Part shown: positions 54,475 to 64,000 of the stretch, in pieces
Layout: every line of letters starts with the position of its first letter
Position numbering within the stretch: position 1 is the stretch's first letter
NCBI RefSeq assembly: GCF_009914755.1
Contig: NC_060934.1
Origin: the human T2T-CHM13v2.0 reference genome, Homo sapiens
DNA length: 64,000 nt
Strand: one strand, 5' to 3'
Notes under the pieces: generated by a model
Seen by the model: only the letters and a program-made list of their open reading frames with translations
Told to the model about the DNA's origin: nothing
Databases searched by the model: none
Position numbers and translations under genes: made by a program

Positions 54475-56379
54475 GCTTCAGGTCACACAGCCGAACAGCT
54501 GTGAAGTGATATTTTTTTCAGTCCAAAGTTCTTGCTACCACACTAGGATGCCAAGTCAGTCATTAAAATATAGATAGATAAGACCAGTTTAATTTCCATC
54601 ACTCTTTCAGCTTCTTTGATCTTCTGTTAAAAATATGTAAAGCTCAAAGGGCTAAGCATTTATCCAACAGCAGAATTGCCTGCAGCAACCACTGACCCTT
54701 GAGCTGTGAAGGTGCACACCAGTCTCAGGACCACACAACAGAAGGGGTAATGGCAGCTGATACTGTATGACAACTGGTAGACCTCCGCTACGTCAGGAAC
54801 TGCTCAATGCTGCTATTTTCTGGGTTAAAGTAGTTGGCAGGTGAACATAAAAATCCAAAATCCATCACTAAAAATTGAATTGAAATGCAAAATAAAATGC
54901 TGCTCTGACCAATGACAAAAAAATAGAACTTCTCAAAGAGTTTCGGTGAAAAGCAAGAAATCATTGTGGAGAGGAACTAGGGAGAAGTCAACTCCAAGGT
55001 AATCAAAAACAGTTCTATTTTGCCTGAGGATTTTGGAATAAATTCAACAGCACTAATTGGCCCCGGATGTGAATAGGTAGCCAGGGGCATGGGATGGGGC
55101 ACAGACACCGAGAGCTTCATCTTCCTGAATAGGAAAACTTAGCTTCCAGTGTTGAGCTGCCACACACACAGCTGCAGATGCAAATGACCCATGTTTCCCT
55201 CTGTGTTTCCTAGCGTCTCTCCTTCTAGTCGTATCTGTTGTAAAGACTCTCATTCATCCAGGTGTTATTTAAAATAGAGGAGAGAATAAATTCCATTTTA
55301 AAGGTGTTACTTTGGGTCAATTCTTGGAGACAGGTAAACAAGTCAGGGCTGGAAAATATGACTGAGAAGCCAGGGCCACTCCTCTCTCCTCAGCAACAGC
55401 AGAGGATGCTGTTAAATAAAGTAATTCACATGAGCCTGTGGGGCCCTTTTACCTGCATGGACAGCCACACTTTTTCATTGTTCCTGGTCCTCTTACCCTC
55501 TGCAGGAATTTGCCCAATTCCAAATATGTCTCAAGCTCGTATAGGAAATCAGTTCCTATGGAAGGACTAGTAAGGGTGGTAAATGAATGACTTTTCCCAA
55601 AGTAATTTTCATTCTCATAAAAAATGTTTGCAAACCATAAATCCTGTCAGACTTACAAAGGAACAAATCTATAATGCTAGAACTTCACTCACTGAGACTG
55701 TCTTTCAGGAGAAAGGACGGGGGATTTGGAGATAAGCAGGCTTCCATGGGGCTTCTTCTCAGGGTCAGCCCACAGTCCTAAAGAGCCCCCGTCTATGTGA
55801 GGCTAAAAGCAGGTGCATCTGTACTCAGGAGGGTCTCCATAGACAGCCGTCTTGCCCACCCAGCTGAAGAAGGCTTTTCAGTTTCGACGCATCAACAGCC
55901 GTGCTCTGCTCTTGGCAGCGAATCCCAAATGACAGCTTCTGTGAGTGTCCTTGTAGGCACAGTGGCTCTCACACCACAGGGGAGAAGTGCTGTGTCTTAA
56001 GCTCATCTCAGGAATATTTCTCCCTCCCAGCCTTCTCTTCACATGGTGTCAGATTCCTGTCAACCCCAATGCCAGCAACACCCAGAGAAGGGCCCCCTTC
56101 ACCCTAGGCTGTGGTCCTGCATGGACGGTGGAGAGCAGTCAGGGTTGAACCCATTCGCCCAGCCCTGCCCTTAAAGGAACGTGTGGCTTTCAAATTGGAG
56201 CAGCTTATCCTCTTGATTTTGCGTCATGTATAAATGAAAGAGGAGACATTTTTGGTGCTTCTTGTGACTGGAATCTGCCGTAAGCAAGCTCCCCTGGGAG
56301 TATTGGGCTGCGTCTGGATGTCTCACTTACAGTGGCCCTTCGTCTCCATTTCAATCTTTTCTTTACTTTATTCATCCTG

Positions 56380-57070
56380 CTCCACCCCTTTAGCTGCTCA
56401 GACAGCACATGTTGGAGCTATCCTCTCTCTCTCTCTCTGTTTCACCCACATCTAATCCATAGCAAATTCTGTCCGCTTAATCTTCAAAATGTATCTATGA
56501 TCTGGCCACTTCTCTCCATCTCTACGGTGACTACTGTGGTCCTAGCCACTGTCGTTTCCTGCCAAGATGATGTCCACAGCCTCCTATTTGGTATCGAGAG
56601 AAGCCATGGCCCCAACAGCCTAAGCAGTGTATTCAGATGGTGCTGGTTCTCTGCCCCGTATGCTCCATGCGTCCACTTCTCTGTTTGCATCGCGGCTGCA
56701 GGGCCCCTGACGCTTCTGCGGCTGCATCTCCGCCAATGTCCTCCCTGGCTCTGGCCCTTCGTACTTCCTCTTTTCTCTGACTTTCGGAATGTTTTCTTCC
56801 TGGGTTCAGTTTGTTGAAGACTTTGCTCAAATGTCATTCCCTCTTTAAGGTCTTCTTTCCTGCACCCAGACGGCTTTATCTAAAATCAGCCTATCTGCCC
56901 AGCAACGGCTCCATCCTCCTTCTGCTCATCCCGGCACGGCATTTACCTCCTGAAACACACTAGACATTCTAGTTGTTTATATATATTGTTTGACTTGCCT
57001 CTCAAAATGTCAACTGCAGAACAGTAAGGATTTCCAGGTGCCTGGCACTGGCCTAGCCTCACTACTCAGG
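56380..57070 (+). mobile_element. L2 3-prime region
   Basis: cacatctaatccat...cttcaaaatgtatct...ccacttctctccatctct...gctcaaatgtca...gtgcctggcac. Confidence 0.75.
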
Positions 57071-59094
57071 AGAGGATGCAATGGGTGACAGACATTCAGT
57101 GATTATTGATCAACTGGCTGGTTGGATGAAACCCAAATCCCTGCCCATTCCATGGGTGCTGGCTCTGCAATTCCTGTGCTGTCCCCCTTGGGTTCCCTCG
57201 GTGAGAGGCCTCCATGTGAACACACGCTGATCCCTTGCCCTTGACGGTGGTGAGCTGGCTTCATTCACCGGGAGGAATCTCTCGCACTTTCATGGTTCTT
57301 CCAGTGATTGAAAGCAGCCATCAGGAGCACTTCATCTTCTGTGGAAGCAATTTTATCAATATAAATCTCCATCATTATCAGGGAAAGACATTAAGAGGAA
57401 GACATTCTGTTTCCTGAATTAGCCAGGATTAGATTAACAAAGTTCATTTATTATTAAACTAAGGTACTATTAGAATATGCTCCCATGCTACAGTGCCTGG
57501 TTATGGAGTACTAAATGATTCAACAAGATAATTAACCCCTGCATCCTTTAAAATTTTTGAATCCAAATCACTGTGAAACCTACCACAGATAAACACAAGA
57601 GGGGTATGAACTATAAACATTGTATATTTGAAACATTAAATTTTATAACTTTCTAAAGCAAATGTCAGATATAAAGAAGATATAAATTGGGAGGAAACCT
57701 ACAGGAAGCTTCTGAAAGAGCATGGCTGAAATGCGGTTGTATTTCTTTGCTTCAATGAATAAACATTCAGCGGCTTGCCCATAAGAAAAGGGAAGAGCCC
57801 ATTCTATATCCCTCTCATCATGCATATTATAGATCACTTGCCACTGCGTCCATAAATTTCATGAGCTGCAGTGCCCCTGTCTCTAATATATAAGAGACAG
57901 CACTGTGTTTAATAACGTCTGCCCTGTCACAGAAAGACAATGATGGCATCCTTCTATGACTAGCAAAGACCAGTTATTCTAAAGGAGGGAAAGAGAGGCT
58001 GAATATTGCTGGGCAAGAAAGGGGAATGGCCGTTTGGCTGTGGGCCTGGATGGCACACTAAAGGGATATTAATGGTGAGACCTCTCAACGAGACATAAAG
58101 TGTGTGGCATTCAAACTCAAAGTGAATAAACTCTACCAACATAAAGGAGGATGCATCTTACGTGTAATCGCACCTTGACATAAAAGGTTTCAGTGAAAAG
58201 AATTGTGCCCACTTGTCCTGTCCTTCGCTTCTCTGACTTCACATCACACGGGACCACATCATTATCTAAACCTACACCAGCATAAACCACATATCCATAG
58301 ACTCACACCAGCATAAACCAAACCTAGGCAAACCTAAATATGCATCAGAAATGAAAGTTGCCAATTCATCTTTATTTGAAATATGAAAGTTCAAAGGGAG
58401 AAAATCTAACCTCTCAACTCAACCTTTAAAAAAATCCCAAAGCACTTAATTTGGTGACAGATTGGTATGTCTAACCATGTCCTTGGACTGAGTGAAAATG
58501 ACTTGACAACAGCCCCATAGCATCAGCTGCCCCGAACCTTTGGGGCTGGATGCACCTGCACAAAGAGAACATGGCTCACATTGGGCAGCTTGAATACAGA
58601 AGAGGCTGGACTGATTCAGAAATCATTGATTTCAAGGGAGCCTTTAAAACATTTCCTTTTGTCATTGATGATTTACTATTCTGACATAGCTATCTATCGG
58701 CTCACTGGCAAACCAGGTTCTTAAAAGATTACACAAATTCGGAAGGGCTTTCGGGAATCATAAACCAATAATAAAAAAAAAAAAACAGTTCTTCATTCTT
58801 TGTTGAAAAACATCCAGAAGACTCTAGGGAAAGATAAGAAGGAGAGTGCTTTATTCTGCCATCTCCAGGACTTGGCAGGCAGTTTTTGGTTCTGCTAAAC
58901 TACATGGAAAGAAGAATTCTGTGTTAGGCTACTGAAGGGTAGCTGGACCGATACTCCCAAGGAAAAGCGAGAAAAGCAGAGAAAAACAGTAAATAAATAA
59001 GTAAGTGAATAAGTAACAGATTTTTTGAATAAATAAAATCTGTTTGAAGGCATTGGGAACTTCTAAAGCAGCCAGGACTTGAGAGACCAAGATC

Positions 59095-59179
59095 CAAGAA
59101 AGGGAGGAAAGAAGGGAGAAAGAGAGAAAGAGAAAGAAGGACAAGGAGGAAAAGAGAAAGAGAAGGAGGAAGAGAGAGG

Positions 59180-59228
<49 letters not shown>
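59095..59228. repeat. Polypurine tract ending in pure (AG)n (about 59185-59228)
   Basis: Read directly. Confidence 0.96.
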
Positions 59229-59229
<1 letters not shown>

Positions 59230-60501
59230 CTGGGCAGAGACAGAGAATGCCTGCAGAGATAAGCCACTTATTCCACGCACTTCTGTTTCCCTAAAGGCTG
59301 TTGTGAACTCAGGGCTAGAGGTAGAGAAACCAGGTAATTCTGAGCAGAAAGTCCAAAGCAGAGATTTTGGGCATCTTGGAGAAAACAAACACAAATAGAA
59401 CCATGATTGGGATCCACTGAGCTAGGTGGAACTTGCAGGACCCTGCTACTAACCCAGGGTTTTTCTCAAGGCATTTGCCGATCTTTATGCAGGTCAGAGC
59501 CACGCACCGGCACAGAGAGAAGTTGTAACGGCAAACAGGTCTTTGACTTCCTCCTGGTGCTCTGGATACCAACTTAGAGTTCAAGACCCAAGAAGGTGGA
59601 GTGGCCATGACCATGCCCAGGCTCTTAATGGCACCCCTGAAGGACGGTTCCCGGGAATGGGGTGCAGCTGTCTTACAAAAAGTGAGCCAGCCTCAAGTCA
59701 GAGACGTCCGTCCTTGGACTTGGCTGCCCACCCTTATTCTGGTTTCTCTTCCAAAAAACACAGTGACTCTCCTTCAGAAGATGATACCCTCCACAGCCTC
59801 TGCATTTTTGTTTTTTTGCATAAAATGCCTATTCTTCAATTAAAAAAAAACGGGGCTTATCCATAAAAGGTACTAATAGAGAAATCTGATAAACAAAAGT
59901 AGAACCGCAAGTTATCAGACAAATACAGCAGTGCCCAGTGTGGAAAACAAGACCCTAGCTTCTACAGACCGACCCGGGCTGTGAGTCTGCTGAAGCCAGG
60001 TGGCAGGTCCCTAGAGCCCCAATTCCAACAGTCGGGGTGAACTGTCCAGGCCTCCAGAATTTCAGGTGGGACTGCCCTTGTTCTTGGGGTGTAGATTACC
60101 AGGTAGATGTGATACGGTTTCTAACTAGTTGCTAAAATGGTTTGCCAGCCTTTCAACATATTAAAAATATTTCTATTCTTATACCCAAGACAGTGGTTAA
60201 TTAATTTAATCTTCTCCTAGTGCAGTAATTGAAAATAGAAGACAGGGATCAACCAAACATATTTTTTCCTTCTTTTTCACTTTCTGTGAATAAAGGAAGT
60301 CTGTATGTATCAGTTGGTCCGTATCCTTTTCTTCTCCAAATTATCCCCAGGTATTTCATGCCTCCCTGTATCCAAACCGACCAGCATAGACTCGTGTCCA
60401 ACCAATACTTGGTGAATTAGACTGAATATATCTTTAAAATAACCAGAACCACTAACTCTCCATGTAGGATAAGACCCTTTTAACTAACTAATAATGAAAT
60501 A

Positions 60502-61221
60502 ATGAAACAGAACATTCTCTCACCAGAGGTAGGAAAAAAAGGATGTTAGACACACATCTATACCATGACCATCTACATGAGAATGCCTTTCTTTGAATTT
60601 GTCACTTGTATTTACAAGTCCATGCCTGGGCGCTGTCCTCCCTTTTCCTAAAATGCCCTTCTATGGATGTGCCGAACCTTCCACTCTACAGTGTACTCAT
60701 TCTTCAAGACACACCTTTTCTAAAAAGACTTTCACTTCAAAGGCAAGCAAAATTACTATATTGCTTCTCTGCTCCTTTCCTATTTGGCAAGTAGTTCTAT
60801 TACAGTAATGATCATATATTAAATATTCACTTACAACTATAAATTAAATTTTATATCTTTAAGAGGCCTACTGAATAAACCATAATATTAATTTAACTAC
60901 TTCATAGGTAAAATCCATGAAGTCTTTGTCCAATGTGTACACACTTGTTTCCTAGGACATCAACATTACCACATAACGTCTTGTATAGGTTGAAGATGAA
61001 TTCTCCTGAAAAATCTCAAATTGTCTGTGTTTTAAATTCCTTGGGTGCCCATCCTTTGAATTAACTAATAAATAATTTGAGCATGAAACAACATTCTCTG
61101 ACCAGAGGTAGGAAAAGAAAGCTGCTGGCAATGCATCCACACTACGACCATCGACATAAGAACCTTGCCTTTCTTTGAATTTGTCACGTGTATTTACAAG
61201 TCTGTACTTGGGCACTGTCCT
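60502..61221. repeat. Spaced direct repeat of about 140 bp (60502-60639 and 61083-61221)
   Basis: Shared blocks aacattctct-accagaggtaggaaaa and tgcctttctttgaatttgtcac-tgtatttacaagtc. Confidence 0.92.
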
Positions 61222-61594
61222 TTCTTTAAACACGCATTTACATAAATTAATTAAAATAAACAACTTTAACTGTCCTTCTGTTAAATAAGCACTATATGGT
61301 GCTATAATTTCTATGTTTTTCAAACTCTAGGAAGCCAAGAGCTATTTTATTCACAGTGCTCACTTTTTATCTACAAAAAGCCTGGCCTATACTGAGGGCT
61401 CAATAGAGGTTTGATGTGTCAATCAAAACCTGAAGACCATTTGGGTATCTGAGAACCCACCTCGACCCATACAACAGAGGTGCCATTGGGCTGTCATTGA
61501 AATGTTTTCTTTCATTTAATAAGAAAGGCATTTTTTCACATCTCCTGAAACAATATTTTACATTTTATTAAAAATAAATATAGATATAGGTTTA

Positions 61595-62033
61595 CAGCCG
61601 AGTCTTGAAAAACAAGGTGGTAGGAATCCTAATCACCCTCCTGCATCGTCAAAGATACAACTTTTGAATCCACAAAGACGTTACTGCTAATAGCTACTGT
61701 TGACCCAAAGCTTTTCTGATAGCATGAACAGTGGATTAATACATATTTTGTGATATATGTATATATAAAAGTATATTCTTATAATAAAGTAAGCTAGGAA
61801 ACAGAAAATAAGATTAAGAAAATCACAAGGAAGGAAAATATATTTACTATTCTTTAAGTGCAAGTGGGTCATAATGAAGGTCTTCACCCTTGTGGTCTTC
61901 ACATTGAGTGGGCCGAGGAGGAGGAGGAAGGAGAGAGGTTAGTCTTGCTGCCTTAGGGGTGGCAGAGGCAGAAGAAAGTCCACATGTAGGTTGACCTGTA
62001 TATTTCAAATCCATGTTGTTCCAGGGTCTACTG
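61595..62033 (-). mobile_element. Tigger2a (MER28) non-autonomous TcMar DNA transposon
   Basis: TA-cag...ctg-TA termini; internal gaggaggaggaggaagga...gtcttgctg...ggggtggcagaggcagaagaaa. Confidence 0.88.
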
Positions 62034-63626
62034 TAGTATATATCATTGTGGATTACATATATAATTGTTCAAGAGTCTACTGTAGATCTTATAACATATA
62101 TAATCAATATTAAATAAATTATAGTTATATATAATTTATTGTATATAAATGGTGACTTACTCTCTAAAGCATAAAAATATATCAGTTTTCCATGACAATG
62201 AGCTTTTCTAGCAATAGTCCAACAATATAAGTGTATTCAAGGGGATTCTACCTGGCTTATCACAATAACTGAATATTTAAAGTTTCCAGTAACAAATGTA
62301 AACAAAGAAACCACTCACATGTTGCTGGTATGTCAAGCTGAAATGCCACAAAAGCCATTGAGTTACTTGAATATCTAAATTAGAACATCTAAGAAATGGT
62401 TAGACCATATTTTGCCTAAAGATAGATTCATAAGAGAAGGCTGATTTGGGAAGTGTTATGCAAGGAGTTCAAGAATTTGGGTAATAAGACACTTTTCCCA
62501 AGCCCCACAGATGATCCTGAAGGAAGACTGGCCACTGCCCCAGCCCTCTCTAGGAATGTCATTTTCACATTTGTTTGGGTGGAGAGATGGGAGGGTGGGG
62601 AGGTAGAAATCCCTGGCTGTGCAGAATTCCTTGCTGGTCTGGTGAACAGTCAGCCTCCAGTAACCCACAAGGAAGACATTTGTCATGTCTCAGCTGCATG
62701 TGGTGGAGGGTTCATCTGCAAGTTAAAATTTGGGAGAGGTGAAGAGAAAAATCTCAAAGACAAAACAATAAGGCCCGAGATTCTGAGACAAGTGTTTGAC
62801 GCATAAGATATGCACGGCTGAGTATTAGGAGGTTACTTGGAGACAATGGCCTATACCCATTAATGGAAGTTCTGAAATGTTTACGGAGACAGGAGACTGT
62901 ATCCCTCACCGAGAGGGGACAAGCCCTGGGCACCCTGGTGCACACAGCAGCCTTTCCAAAGCACTCTCTGCTCTTGCGGGAAGTTTGGAAATACACTTTA
63001 GCATTCATGCTTTGTAGCTGATAATGAAATGTTTTAGGGCCGGGGCATCTGCTGTAACCTGAAATTGCATGGCCTTGTATAGTGAGGGCTGAGAAATTGC
63101 TTTTCTTCTCTGTTCTATTTTGTCTATGTCATTTTATCTTATTTTCTTGAAAAGGAAATGAGTACATGGGCCTTATCTACAGTGGTGTACATGCTGGGTG
63201 CCAGTGTTTGTATCTGTGTGTGCAAGCACGGTCTGTGTGGTGCCGTCCTCCAGTTGATCAGGGGAAACCTGAGAAAGAAAACGGATCCAGGCCACTGAGG
63301 ACAGCATCTACCCCCATGACTGTGCAACTTTTCCCACTAAATCCACTGGCCAGTTTTGTCAAACTATCAATCAAACACATTGGTAAGGAGCCGCTGGAGA
63401 AGTCAGTTGACTTCTCAGCTAAGGTAGGTATGTTCTAACCTAAGGTGGGTATGTTATTTTAAGGAAATAGATGCAGAACATATACCATTAACACTTAAAA
63501 TGACTGGAGGCATAGTGTTAATAGCAACAATCATGTGAGCTCACCTTTATTGCTCCTGGCATGCTTTAAAGGATTTTCGTTGTCGCTGTTTTTTACGTTT
63601 CTCAGCCTATAAACTCACAATAACCT

Positions 63627-64000
63627 TGTGTTAGTTTATTGGGGCTGCTGTAGCAAAGTCCCACTAACAGAGCGACGTGAATAGCAGAAATGCATCATCC
63701 CACAGTCCTGGAGGCTGCACGTCCAAGGTCAGGGCATTGGCAGGGTTGGTTTCTTCTGAGGCTGTGAAGAAGGTGCTGTCTGCAGCCTCTTCAGGAGCTG
63801 CTGGTGGTTTGCTGACTCTCTTTGGCATTCTTTGACTCATAGAAGCATCACCCAGTTCTCTTTCTTCCTCTTCACATGGCGTTCTCTCTGTGTGTATCTA
63901 AATTTCTTTCTTTTAGTAAGGACACCAGTCATATTGCATTAAGGCTTATCCTAATGACCTCAGTTTAACTTGAATACCTCTGTAAAGACCTTATCTCTAA
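63627..64000 (-). mobile_element. MLT1C-like MaLR LTR (runs off the window end)
   Basis: ggctgctgtagcaaag...cacagtcctggaggct...ggcagggttggtttcttctgagg...aaggacaccagtcatattg. Confidence 0.88.

Noticed and set aside
56332-56837. Overlapping 161-aa and 117-aa ORFs
   Set aside because: They lie within an L2 relic.
58255-58340. C/A-skewed stretch suggestive of a mitochondrial insertion
   Set aside because: No mtDNA sequence that I recognise; explained by short local duplications.
58924-59394. SLSLSL / RERERE ORFs
   Set aside because: Translations of the (AG)n microsatellite.

Overview
Primate (most likely human or other hominoid) nuclear DNA, intronic or intergenic. It is dense in interspersed repeats: about 19 Alus (J, S and Y classes, many with readable target-site duplications), L1PA/L1PB/L1M fragments, MSTA, MLT1, MLT2A2, MER34, MER31 and LTR16-like LTRs, a Tigger2a DNA transposon, and L2/MIR relics. 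I recognise no protein-coding exon, tRNA, rRNA or snRNA gene, and I cannot name the locus. The supplied ORFs are mostly antisense-Alu, L1, L2 or tandem-repeat read-through. I did not find a convincing new biological system. The most unusual signal I can support is a set of locally templated duplications. One is a 159-bp inverted self-copy inside an L1PB with reiterated junction filler. Another is a composite insertion built from two downstream templates, joined by an inverted micro-junction. There is also a 140-bp spaced direct repeat and duplications of transposon termini. The first two look like fossil scars of templated double-strand-break repair. Also present are two CpG-rich candidate regulatory segments (one with a chain of + strand splice signals), a nested 44-bp VNTR, a 49-bp RY minisatellite, a fold-back around a (CA)/(TG) tract and three repeat-free TAAT-rich candidate conserved elements. 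Subfamily names come from recalled consensus features and boundaries are approximate; RepeatMasker/Dfam should confirm them.
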